Assembly (NCBI GenBank): GCA_030167865.1
Contig: JALAGF010005306.1
Span: forward strand, 1-42,813
Length of the DNA stretch: 42,813 nt
Direction: 5' to 3'
Origin: Craspedostauros australis
Taxonomy: Eukaryota
The translations under genes and the position numbers were made by a program. This document shows positions 14,601-27,100 of the stretch, in pieces. Under the pieces are notes generated by a model that saw only the letters and a program-made list of their open reading frames with translations, did not search any database and was not told the origin of the DNA. Position 1 is the first letter of the stretch. Each line of letters begins with the position of its first letter.

Positions 14601-16856
14601 CTCCGGCCAGAGGTTCAGGCCGAATTGCTGAAGGATCGCATCCAGCGGTACGCACTCGCCATTTCGGACGACGAGGCCTACGTCTGCCAGAAGAATGATG
14701 GCAAGAACGGCGGAGTCTTCGGTGAGGGAGGCACGGCGGGAAGCATCATCCCAGGAGTGAACCGACGTGACATGAACCTCGCACCTCGCTGGAGTTCGTG
14801 GTTGCAGGAATTGCGCAACTCATCGTTCCAACTCTTGGGATTGGCAGCATCCCAACGGGCGTTGTTTGCGCCCGAAATGTCGGAACTCTTCCCACAGTTC
14901 GTCTCAGTGATCGCGGACCGCGAATTCTTGATGTGCCTGGAACATCGCCACTTCACTCAGTATCTGTAAGTCCAACACGGCCCGCTGGCGACTGATACAT
15001 ATTACTGTCTGTATGGAATGCTACTGTTATGGATGCATGGGTGGAAATACTGCATTGCGTTGCATGCTTATTCTGCCACACTTCCACGACATGTGAACCA
15101 CAATTGCATTCGACCAACATCGATAACAACAGCAGCATCATATTCGTACGTGCAAACACTAATTCATTCGCTTGTGCTTGCATTCCTTGTCCCGTGGGTC
15201 TTTCCTCTTCTTCCTCGCCCTTTGCATTGTACTCTGCAGGAAACAATTCATTGAAGTGCTGCTCGTCAGCTGCCCACTTTCAATGTACGCAACTCATGTG
15301 GCTCCTGTCCTCGGTCCAGTGCTTCAGCACGTCCAATACCGCTTTCCAAAGGCATGGTCGCCTGTTTTGGATGCCCTTGGCACACCAACCAGCAATATTG
15401 GAAAACCCATGTTCACGAGCAATGCGGAGAGCGCTGCGGTGTTGGCCGGGCGTGGTGGAGAGGAATGGTACACATCGTCTTATGCGAGATCAGGAATCTT
15501 TGTGGGAGATTTGGATGTCGTCACAGCAGAAGCAGCGGTTGAGAAACACCGTGTGGAAATGTGCCGTATCTACAGCGATGTCATCCAGGCAGCTTTGGCA
15601 CTGAAGGGAGATTGGTACGTCGTACTTTTGCACGCAGTTTCACTTGTGATCATCGTCATGTCGTTCCTGTTGTTTTGCTTTGCTGTGCTTGGCTTTGTTT
15701 TCGCGCCATTGGCTTCGTCTTGTGTGGACATGGCCGTGTACTTCGCGGGTGTGTGGATGCGCCATGGCGTTGCTAATCAGTCAGTCAGTGCTCGTGCTCA
15801 CATTTTTCTGCAATCCGGCACTATTCCACATATATTCCTATTGTACCATGATCCTGCATCGCTTGCGCATGGCACACACGTGCTCGTGGACTCAATCGCA
15901 CGTCTGATGATTGCAGGGCGCTGGTGCTCGCGAATCTTGCCAAAGAGGACAATGCCAATCGTAACAAGGCCAATCTCGGCCCGAAAAACAGAGTCTCGTC
16001 AGAGGGCCTCATCAATGCGGATGGCACCCCCAAAAGGTCGAACCAGGCTGCGTTGGATGCCAGACGACTGGCCCGAATCTCGGCTCTGTGCCATTTCCTG
16101 TTTTTGGAGAATGAGCAAATCGCTGGATCGCTGTGCCTCACCATCATCGGTTGCTTGAGCTATCCGGATGCGTACATATGCAGAAGGATCACGCGCATTT
16201 GCCATAGAATGCTAGAGGCAACCGCGTGGTCACCGCGTTACACCGAGCTCCTTGGTAATCGCATGCTCTCGGTGTCCGTGAAAAATCTGGTCATGGAACC
16301 CAAGTGGATGGTGGGTGTGGAATGGGACATGATCAACGTCGCGCGCGATATTTACTGCCGACTCGTTCTTGGACAGATCGTGCAGCCGGGCGGGCAGGGT
16401 GCAGGGCTGCAGCAGCCAGCCGCTGCCGACAATCCAAATGCATTCGAACAAACTCGAACGGTCGCGACTCCGCTGCAAGGTGGTGGGATTCTGACGGTAC
16501 CCAGCGACATCCCGCGCAAACTCCTGACGAGCCTACCGGGCGTGACGGTTGACATGGTGAAACAACTTGAGGCCGACTTGAAGCGAAAACGCTCCGCCAA
16601 GGGTCAGAAGGATATCATCCGGGATTTCTTGCGCGTTGTTTCGGATAGCCTACAGCAGAGCGGAACGGCGCTGGGTGCATTCGACAGGGCAGTGCAAGCG
16701 GAGTCCCTGCTGCACAACGCCCACAAGAAGAGCGTCGTGGAGGATATTCCCGAAAAACTCGTGACGCACAGCATGATGATGAAGCAACAGCAGCAGGCGC
16801 AGTCCGGCAACAGAGAAGTTGGCGGTCCGCAAGGGCTCGCCGCCTTCAATTTCTGA
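11648..16856 (+). CDS. XPO5: Exportin-5/HASTY-like karyopherin-beta; exons 11648-12238, 12474-14965, 15240-15614, 15917-16856, about 1465 aa
   Basis: Importin-beta-family N-terminus with the Xpo1-type motif 'IIREFPQRW' and 'LRLVAEDC', and helical HEAT-like composition. Three GT-AG introns (12239-12473, 14966-15239, 15615-15916) join four ORFs in frame. Confidence 0.82.
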
Positions 16857-17233
16857 GCGTGATAAATGGATGGATAGTTGGAGTCGAGAGTTCTCTTGCT
16901 TCTGGCAAAATCCATTTTTGCACAACAACAACGGTAGCAGCCGCCGCTAAGTATCTTGGCTGCAAGTGACCGTCACAGCATGGAATGCCACATTCAGCCC
17001 CCGAGAGCGGGAGATATGATCAAGCTACACGAGTATGAGCACGAGTATGGCAGACTCAAAACGCATGCAGAAAAACTGAAAACAAAAACATAGAGTAGAC
17101 AAAAGGGTTGCTGCCACGGCGGCAACGGCACGAAAGGAACGTCTTTGGTCAGTGTTGCGACTGGAGGAGTGTGACGTCTAGCAGACATACACACTCTTGA
17201 GAGCGGTCTTTCGCGTTATGTTGCGTTGTCCTT

Positions 17234-18400
17234 CTACTGGTGCTGCTTCGTTGGGTGCATCTCACCTCTCCATGGTGTGCCGGAGCCGTCCAGAATTGCC
17301 AGCAACCCCTCCTTGTACGTTGGGTAGAGCAAGTGTTCATCGGGAAACAGTTCGTCCATCATGCGCTTGTTGGATACGAGCTTGCGTTCCCGCACCCGTC
17401 TTCGATCACGGTTGGATTGCACAGCATCACCCTTGCCCGATGGTGGCTCCTTTTCTTTGACCACAACCCCTCTCTGTTCCAACAACGTCGTCGCGTACCG
17501 CAGGACCACAGATCGAGTTTCTGGCAAATCGTCGGCGAGATTGTACACACGCGAAATTGGCTTGAGATTGCGGTTCGTGGAATGCAGCACCGCTCTGGCG
17601 ATGTCCAACGAATGAATGCGATTGGTGACATTGGGACTCTCCTCGGCCTGGGTGCTTTCCTTGTCAATGCCCTGCTTGTAAACCGTGTGCAAGGCAGATC
17701 GGTTGGCATCATAAATCCCGCTGCTTCGAAAGATGCGCAAGCGTGGGCAGTCATCGTTGCGCCTTGTTGCTTCGATCTGTCGAATCTGTGTCTCCCAGAA
17801 TTGTTCGTAGTCCACGTACTTGGAAGCACTGCTTTGCGGTTGGATGAGGAGTTCGGAGTCCTCATGAACCCAAGCGCCATCATGATTGCCATAGACGCCG
17901 GTTGTGGAAATCAAACCGATCCATCGCACGTTGGTCGGATGCGATTGAAGGTTGTCGATGATGCAATCGACGATCTGCTCGTAAGGCCCCGTGGGATCGT
18001 CAGGCCGTTGCAGCGTGAAGAGTATGTGGGAGCATTGCGGGAGGATGGATGTGACGGTCGTGGCATCGAACGGTATCCTCGTGATGCCATCTTCACTGGT
18101 GGGTTGTTGCAGCTGCTGCTGCGTCGCGCTTGCGTCGATCTGTTCGGAGGCTGGATGGGATGGTGGCGGTGGCATCGACCGCACTGTTCCGTACACAGTC
18201 TGGAAGTTGTGGTCTTTCAGCGCAAGACGTGCGCAATCCAAACCGACGCGCCCAAGCCCAAGTATCAATAGCGATGATTCGGCGCTTGCGGCTGCTGGCG
18301 GTTTGACGTCTAACTGCAAGGTCGGTTGGATGTCATTCTGAAGCACCAAGATGGCAAGTGCCAGACTTGACAGTGTGGATGATGTGATGTGAAACACCAT
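17234..18400 (-). CDS. NAD(P)-binding extended/atypical SDR (YeeZ-like epimerase/dehydratase family), 388 aa
   Basis: Motifs LILGLGRVG (Rossmann fold), ISTTGVYGNHDGAWVHED, FRSSGIY, NRIHSLDIA, YNLADD, KLVSNKRM and YPTYKEGL. Hydrophobic N-terminus. Confidence 0.88.
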   Translation of the reverse strand: MVFHITSSTLSSLALAILVLQNDIQPTLQLDVKPPAAASAESSLLILGLGRVGLDCARLALKDHNFQTVYGTVRSMPPPPSHPASEQIDASATQQQLQQPTSEDGITRIPFDATTVTSILPQCSHILFTLQRPDDPTGPYEQIVDCIIDNLQSHPTNVRWIGLISTTGVYGNHDGAWVHEDSELLIQPQSSASKYVDYEQFWETQIRQIEATRRNDDCPRLRIFRSSGIYDANRSALHTVYKQGIDKESTQAEESPNVTNRIHSLDIARAVLHSTNRNLKPISRVYNLADDLPETRSVVLRYATTLLEQRGVVVKEKEPPSGKGDAVQSNRDRRRVRERKLVSNKRMMDELFPDEHLLYPTYKEGLLAILDGSGTPWRGEMHPTKQHQ

Positions 18401-18853
18401 GGTTGTGTTTGAGAGTGCTCAACGAGCTACCCGAGGCCGTATACGCACTACTACGAGCGCTGGATGAGAGCTGTCGATGTGCGTTGTTGGGAACAGAACG
18501 GATCTTTTTGAGACACGTTGTGCGGCAAATCGCGTCGAAGCGCGCCACTGTAGAAACCTCAGGGGCAGTGTTTGGACCAGAACGTAGGTCGTTGCATGAC
18601 ACACACACACACACCCTCTCTGTCTCTCTGGGGAGAACTACCGGGTCAAGAAAGGCAGCAACAGCAACTGCAGACAACGGATGGGAACATCGTCAGTTGT
18701 TCACTGCACTACGTGTACAATAAAATTGGTTCGATCACTCAGCCGACATGCTTCATTAGAGTAGGCCGTGTGATAATTGTCGAATAGGCGGGATAGACAC
18801 GAAGATCGTAATTGTCGAAGACGTCAACCTGCTTGCGACGACATGTCAGCACT

Positions 18854-20271
18854 CTATCCCTTGGCGATTTGCGGGCCATCATCGTCGTCCTTCTTCTTCT
18901 TCTCCGCCGGCGGCTGCTGTGGTCTCTGGTTGCCCCAACCGCCTTCGTTGTCCTGATTCTGGTACCGCTGCTCTTCCTCGCCTTCGAAGGCACCCAAATC
19001 GGCCTCCTGCCCGCGTGCGGCGCGCTTCAACGGGGCCGGGAGCAGGACCTGATCGATCAATCCGTACTGCACGGCCTCGTCGGCACCGAGGTAGAAGTCA
19101 CGCTTCAGATCCTGCTGGATCCTCTCCGTGGTCTGTCCCGTCATGTCGGAAAGCGCGAGCTCCATGCGGTCGTTCATCGCCTTGACGTTCCTGACCTCGA
19201 GCACGATGTCCGTGGCTTGGCCCTGGAAGACCTTGTCGATTCCGGTGCGTTGCAGGAGGAAGCGGGAGTTGGGCATGGCCGATCGCTTGCCCTTCGTTCC
19301 GGAGCCTGCCAGGAAGGCACCCATGCCAGCGCACAGGCCGAGGTTGACGGTCTCGACGTCGCAACTCTCCTTCGTTTGCTGAATGAGATCGTAGACAGCC
19401 AGGGCAGGACGCAGCAATGCACCGGGAACGTTGAAGTAGATGGAGATGTCCTGCCGGGAATCCTCCTTTCTCATGTACAGGATGATGGAAATGAGCTCAT
19501 TCGCGACCTCCTCATCGATGAACTTGTGGATCATCAAGGTTCTGTCACGGTACATGGCGGAGTAGATATCCACGAATTGCGCATAATCAGAACCAGGTGG
19601 CTGCACTCGATCGACGTCCGAAGATGTTGGCGAATACAGTTGCAATCGCAATCGCAATCGCAATCGAGACGAGTGATTTTGTGGAGTATGATATAATGTA
19701 ATAGATGGATACCATCGTGCAGTTTGCCACATGGTGGTAGTAGCATGATGGAGTGTAACACGGTTGATGGAACGAAGGTGAGCAGAAGTTAGTCACAGGT
19801 GCATGGAGACAGACTTTGCACGTGAAGACCGCCATGGGATGAAAGCATGCGCTGTTGTTCGGCACATCGATACATCCTCATCCTCCTCATTGTCTTCATT
19901 ATTCCGTGCACGCACAAGCACATGGGCATCAGCAGTCACACCGGTGGCATTCGAATAGAGTGCCTCCACTCTCTGCTCATGACAGGAAGAAGCCCAAACG
20001 CTCCACTCACAGTCCATGGAACCATCGGAGTCTGGGTTGGCATCTTGATGGTATCACGCTTCGTCGTCATTCTCAGAACCTCCTTCTGAGTGATTGGTCC
20101 ATGGTTGTTGCTGTTGCTGTTGCTGGGAATGGAAAGATTGGGGATGACGCTCCTGCTGCTGAGGCTGTTGCCATTGACGCCGATCTTGCTGTTGATGGAG
20201 TACGCTGATGATTGCGAAACCAGAGCGCTCAGCACAGCACCCACGCTTGCTATCTGCAATGTGAACTTCAT
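18854..20271 (-). CDS. Plastid Clp protease core subunit, probably non-catalytic (ClpR type); exons 20271-20011 and 19600-18854, about 335 aa
   Basis: ClpP fold motifs DIYSAMYRDR, IYFNVPG, AVYDLIQ, GKRSAMPNSR and RDFYLGADEAVQYGLID. Signal peptide ending SSA-Y. Intron GTGAGT...CAG at 20010-19601. GLCAGMG has Gly at the usual nucleophile Ser, and RFLLQR lacks the catalytic His. Confidence 0.9.
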
Positions 20272-21193
20272 CTTGTTGACACGGTGCGCTTGCTGATGTT
20301 ATCCGGTATCCGGGATGCTGCAGATAACCTCTCTCTCCTCAATGTTTGTTTGGCACTCTTTGATGTGTGCAAGGGTCGTTCTTGGTGTTGGTGCAGATCT
20401 TGTCCCGAACCTCGTTGATGTTGTTGGAAGATGTTGGTGTCTCCCGTTCCACCTCTCTCTCGCGATACGCAACGATGTCGTGGATGTCCAACAAGTGGAA
20501 CGCGACAGAGAAGGCGCCACGAAACAGAGCGAGAGAGGAAATCGGTGATGACGCAAGACGAATCCTCCGACAACAATAAATTGAATGATCCATCCGACTA
20601 CTGCAGTTTTAGTCCATCGTGTCAAAACGAGCATTCATTCTTCTCTCATTCACGAGCGAATCCCGAATTTTGAGAGCTAAAATTTCGGCGGAGACAAGCA
20701 CGCAAAAATACGCCTAAATTTTGGGCAACATCGTACTCTACAGGAGGAGTACAGGCAGCAAGCGAAATCTCAACGCAGCAAACACACCCGATTCGTGTGT
20801 GGATCATCCACGCCACCAACAACGAAGACAGGCCTCGAGTATCCCATGCAGCGAAGGCGATCGTGGACAGGCACAAGACACAAGATTTGCCTGCTCTGTC
20901 CTTGTTGATTTGGCATTGGATTCGAGACATCGGCATCCACGTCCACATCCACATCCACGTCCCTGGACACAAGAGAGTTAGAAAGGGGGCAGTACTCGAA
21001 CACTGTGCTCAAGCTCCAGCTCCAGCTCCATTGTCGGTGCCATACAAGTACAAGCACAAGTACTCGCAGATTGGACGAGATCGCGTCGTGATCATCTGGG
21101 CGTTTTGGACACAGGGTCGGGATTGGGATTTGACCCATCATCATTTTCGCCATCAAGAGAGGCAAGCATACGAGCACCACACGCGCGAGCACG

Positions 21194-24100
21194 ATGGCGA
21201 GCGAAGGAGACAGCGCCGAGGCAGAGGTCGTCGTCATGGAGACAGAGGTGGAGGCGGAACCGCAGGAAACTGCCGAGGCTGAACCAGCCAAGCGGAGCTG
21301 GGCCGAGGCACGCAATTCATCCCATCAAATGGTGCTGCAGACCGCGTTGGAAGACCTCGAGGCGCAGACTGTGGCCTTGCAGCAGGAACGCGATGAGCTG
21401 AAGCTCAAAAGCGAGAGCCGCGGTGAGGAGATCGGATCGCTGAAGACGACCATCCAACAGCTGCAGGAGCAGGTCAACCAGAAGGAGACGGAGAAGTTCA
21501 ACAACACTCAGGAGTACAAGACCAGGCTCGAGAACGCCAAGCTCCTGGAGGATGACAGCAAGCTCAAAGCCGAACGGGCGGACCGTCTCGAAAAGGAGGC
21601 AGATTCCCTGCGGGAGGAGATCAGGTACGTCACGACTTTCAATATTTGTTGTGTGTCATGTGCCATGTGTCATGTGTCATGCCGAGAGGTACATACCAAG
21701 CCGTAGAGTCGACTTATTCCGTCGATGCTGTGATGATGTTTGGGCGGAGCAATTGGTGGATCGGTTGGTGGAACACTACGAGGGACATCTGATCCGTTCA
21801 AAGCGGAGCATATCGTGCAGTGCAATGCATTACATTGCATAGCACGGCATGTGTAGCATTCATATTCACTTGTGCAAATTTGCGCTGGGCATGGCGCCTC
21901 TTGTCGTTGCTCCTCTGCAAGTGCGTATGAAACATTGCGATGAATCCTTGTAACTCATCAACATCAACTGACCAAATGCACTCGCTGCCATACTCGTACG
22001 CACTATGCCCCATTTCACAGCCGATTGACCAATGCCAACACCGATATGAAGGAGAAGATCGTGACCATGGAAACTGAGCGCAAGTTGGATGGATCCGAAG
22101 TAGTGCCGCTGAAATTCCAGGTGCAACGACTGCAGTCGGAGATTGACACCATGGCGGCGCATTCCAAATGGTTGGAGGGGCAACTGCAGACCAAGAATGA
22201 GCAGCTCGCCGACCTAAAAACATCGCAGGCGTCTGAACTTGCCGAACTCCGCGCCACGCAGGATTACATCAACTCGGAAAAGGAGGCCCACCAGGCAGAC
22301 CTCAATGTCGCGCAGAAGCAGAACAGCGACATGCAGATCAAGCTGGAGAGGGTCACCGCGGAACTTCGCGATGTCAAGCAGACAGCCGCGGGCGATAAGG
22401 AGGCCTGGGAGGCAGAGGTCCTAGCGGAGCGTCGGTTGGTAGTTAGCCAAGTGGAGCAGATCTTACAGTTGCAACAACGTTGCGACGATCTGGTTGGACG
22501 CATGGAGGAGATGAGGAGCATGACCAGCAACGTCGAGAATGAGTTCCAGCTCAGTATCTCCCGTCGCAACACCGAGTTTGAGGCAGAAACCAACAAGTTG
22601 CTCGAGTCACAGGCCGATAAGTTCAAGGATCGCATCCTGACGCTCGAGAAGCAGCTGGAGGATGCCAACGCGCGTGCCACGCAGGCTGAGGACGGTCTGC
22701 TGCAGACGACAATAGGCCATATTCCAGCAACAACGCAGCCACTGGCGATCACCCAACAACCGCATGCAGTAGCCGGCAGAGATGGCGACGGTGACGACAG
22801 CAACGAGCCGATGGGACTCACCGATCTCTACGCCCGCCTATCCCAAACGGAGGACCAGCTGTCAGCGGAACGGTTGTTGCGAAAGAAGGCAGAAATTCGA
22901 TTCGCTCGCGTCGAGAAGGACATCGCCGCAACTGCTCCGTTGTTGCAGCGCCAGCGACAGGAATATGAAATCGCCCTGAATCAACGCGAAGAATACAAGA
23001 ACCGCATGGACGACGCCTTGATGGAGATGAAGGCCGCTCGGGACGAGGCCAGCGAGTTGCGTTCCGAGCTGGGGGATTCGCACAAGCGCAACCGCGAGAT
23101 GGAGAGAGAGTCGCAAGATCTGGCAAAACAAGTTCAGACCTTGTTGGTGTCTCGTGGCGCTGATGCAGGTGCAAACGCAGGCACCGACAGCAACGACGGC
23201 GATGGCATGGATACGGACACAGACCCCGCCATCCCAACAAGCATCGCTGAAATGCAATCGCAGAACCAACGGCTGCTCCGCGAGCAATCCCGGATGGAGG
23301 CCACCATCAACGAACTCAAAGAAAAGGTTGCCAACGACACAACCCAGGCCAAGCTGGAAGCTGCGGAACAGGATATCTCCACGTTACGCGAGGACAGGAA
23401 GCAGCAGGAGGTTCTGGTCAAGAGCATCGTGCAGCAGCGCGACTTGTACCGAGCGCTGCTCAACAAGCACGACAGCAATTTGCTCAGCAACGGTGACGAT
23501 GAGGGTTCCGCCACCACGGCCCTTTCTGTTGTCCGCAAGCAGTCTCAGCGCACCAACGCATTGGAGACCAAGTGCGACGAGCTCAGCCACGAGCTCGAAT
23601 CCACCAAATCCGAAATATCAACCTTGGTGCAAGATAAGGAGGTCGCGAGCGATCGCCTCGTTAGATACCAGGCCCAGATCTGCCAGCTCACCGATTCTCT
23701 GTCCGGCATCCAATCCCAACTCCTGTCATCGAAGGCAGCAGCAGCAAGAGCGGAGGCAGACTCTGTCTTCCACAAGGAGAAGTGCGCTTCGTTGGAGCAG
23801 AGCCTGGAAAGATCCAAGAACGAGGTCTCTCGCATCACAGCATCCAAGGATAAGTTGCAGACACTGACAACTGACCTGCAAAAGGCGGTGAACAAGGCGA
23901 ACAACGAGTCATCGCAATCGGTGTTGGAGGCGCAGCAGGTAAGTCGTTGTGGTGTGAATGTCGTCGTTGTCGTCGTCGTTCTTGTTATCGTTGACCCATG
24001 GAATCAGTTTGCAAGGAGGCTGATCATGTCGTTCCAACCCAAGCGTTTCTTCACGGCCCGTCTCATCCAAGTTACTCACACTCATCCACAACTCAACCCC

Positions 24101-27100
24101 TATCGACATGCCTCATTCATTTGTCTTTCTGTCTGTTATTGCTATTTTTACTGTTGCTGTTGCAATCGCCCGCTTGTGAATCACTATTCTTGACATCAAC
24201 CAACAACGCATCAATTTTCCCTTCGCATCATTCTGTCCGTCACAGGCAACGTCCAAGCTCCGCATGATGGAGGCACAATTGGAATCCGCAAAGGCAGCAG
24301 AGCGTCGTGCGTTGGAAAATGCCAATACTTTGCGGCAGGAGCTTGCGAAGCAAGGCACATTGCTCGAATCCATCCAAAAGATCGAGGCTAGTCTGTCCGC
24401 AAGGACCGTCAGCGCGAAGGACTCCATCGAAGACGAGCTCGCAGTCACGAAGCAGCGTTTGGAAAATGCCCAGACAACGGCAGCGAATAAGATCGAGGAA
24501 TTGGACAGCATCATCAAGAGCCTTGAATTCCAGTTGAAGGAGGCCGAGGCAAGCAAGGTAAAGGCGGCACAGAATGAGATGAAGGCAAAGGAAGACCTGG
24601 AGAAGGCAAATGCTGAGATCCAGGACCGCATCGTCAAGTTCACGGAACTAGCCAAGAAGCTCCGTGCGGCAAAGAAGAAACTGGGTGAATCCGATGACAT
24701 GGGTGATGCCAATCAAGGTGACGAGGAGGCTGACTTGAAGGCCAGGATTGCAACCCTGGCAGAGGAATTGAAGACAGCCAAGGCAGAGAACGAGACTCTG
24801 CAGCAGAGAGTGGAGACGTTCAAGACCATGGCCAAGACGAACGAGGATGCCATGAAAGAAGTACAGAAGGCGCTGCAGGACGAAAAGACGAGGGCCTCCA
24901 GCAGCACATCAGTGGCTGAAAAACAACTTGAGAAGCTGCGGGAAGAAACCAAGTCTCACAAGGAGATCATCGTCAAGCTCACAGACGACCTGGCAAGCCG
25001 TGATGGAAAGCAGCAGCAGACAATCAAGGTTTTGGAGGCTGAAATCGTCACCCTCAACGAGCAAACAGCTCACTACAAGAAGGAATGTGACGCCTCAGTT
25101 GCACGCTACGAGGAGGCTACCAGTCAGCTCACAGCCCTTCGTAGCGATTTGCACCTTGCACAGGTACGTTGGATGATTTCATTGATTGTGTGGTTGATGC
25201 ATTGATTGATGGGCAGCAGGCACACGAAGGACAGGAAGCTACGGGCACGCGGAGAAAGAATCCGTCGTGAAGCATCTTGACTTTGCGATTGCTACTGCCT
25301 ACATAAACCGGGTTGCCTTGTATGCCTGCCTACGCTCTCGGTGGATTTGAATACTCCAAGCTGTCCTCGCACGAGTGCTGATCTGACAGATTGTCTCCCA
25401 TTCCAATTACTCTTCTTCTTTCATGCCATTGTACCATAAAATGCAACAAAAAACGCGCACAAACACAAACACAAACACAAACGCACATTGCAGGATAATT
25501 ACGAGCGAGAACTCGCCCTGCATGCAACAGCAAGAACTGAACTGAGATCGGCCCGAGAGGATGCAGATGCTGATTCTACCCGTCTCAAGAGAGCCGAAGA
25601 AAAGCTCAGAGCGATGGACGACGTCATGGCAACCAAGGAGGCGCTGCTCCAGGAAGAGAAGAAGTCTCTCGCAACCACCTTGGTGCAGACGGAGAAGAAT
25701 TTGGATGTGCTGCGATCGCAGAACGATGCCCTTCACAAGCAACTGGCGACACTCACGGAGCAGGTGGAGAAGAGCCAGATCAATAGACTCGGTGCGATCG
25801 ACGCAAACGCACCATCAGGAGCGGAAGGCGGCGACGCTGCAACTGAAGAAATGGCTGCCATGAGGAAATCAATCACAGAACTTCGTGAGATTATTCGCTT
25901 CCTGCGATCGGACAAGGACATGGTCCAAGCCTCGTTGGATTCGTCTCGCAGAGCCGTGGACCGCGAAAGGGCATCCGCAGCCGTCATGCAGCGCAGTTTG
26001 GACGATGCCCGGCTTGAGCTGGATGCCATGCAACAGAAGCTGGCGTCCAGTACATTGGACACAACGGCCACGACCGTCAATGCCCTCACAGTCAAATTCA
26101 AGGCCGCCGAAGAACGCGCGCGATTGTTGAATGACAGCAACAACTTGCTGACGAACGAGAATAAGCAGTACAAAGCATCTCTCGACGAACTCAAAGCAGA
26201 CCTCGCCAAGATGGAGAAGGCATCAGCACCGATGGAGTCGAGATTCCAGCAGCTCGAGACAGAGAAGAAGGTGCTGAACTCGGAGAAGGAAAGCCTTGAG
26301 CGTGAGCTGGTGGACTGGAAGGACCGCGTGAAGAGTTTGGTGTCGAAGTTCAACCAGATCGATCCCGTGGAGCATGCCAATGCCCTTCAGAAGGTCCAAG
26401 ACCTGCAGAAACAGGTCAAGGATCTGGCCACGAAGAAGACCGATGCTGATCGGGAGAGCACTCGCATTCGTGGTCTCGCACAGCACGCCCGGAAGGAACT
26501 CGCGCTTCTGAAGAAGGGGATGGAAGAGCAGAAGAAGCTGACCCGCAAGATTACATCTGAGCGAGACAACGCCAGCGCCAAACTGGCACAAGGCAGCACA
26601 ACTGCGAAGGAGTTGGAGGAGACGAAGGCGCAGCTCCAGAAGGTGACGACGGAACGCAATCACGAGAAGCTCCAGCTTGATGGAGTGAACGAGAGAAACG
26701 ACAAACTACGTGCCCTCCTGCGAAACTTCCAGAAGACGATTGCCGAGCTGAAGAGCAAGCAAGAAACTTTGACAACGCAGTTCAATGCATCACAGCAAGA
26801 AGTCAAGAAACAGAAGATTTTGATTGCGACCTTGGAATCACGACCAGTTCCAGCCGCGGCTGTTGCCAATGTCCAGTCCAAGGCCAAGGCAGCACCGATG
26901 GCCACGACCGTCGCGCAGCCAACGGCTGCTGCAGTCACAGCTCCCGCAGCGGCTTCCAAATCAACAACAACAGAAGCACCGAAGATTGACAAGCCAGCGC
27001 AAGCACCAACTGCCATCCAAGAACTTCCCAAAGTGCCCCCAGGTGGATTTAAGTTCGGGCCAGATGAGAGTGGACCACCGACGTCACAAGCGGGCGCAGC

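Noticed and set aside
15615..15916. Apparent transmembrane segment in XPO5 (ORF 15172..16158); likewise the VVVVVVVLVIV run after 23939 in TPR
   Set aside because: Both are intron read-through and disappear after GT-AG splicing.
18812..19696. Long antisense ORFs over ClpR (similar ones lie over the SDR at 17240-18271 and the rhodanese gene at 34313-35269)
   Set aside because: They fully overlap well-supported genes on the opposite strand and have no recognisable motifs.
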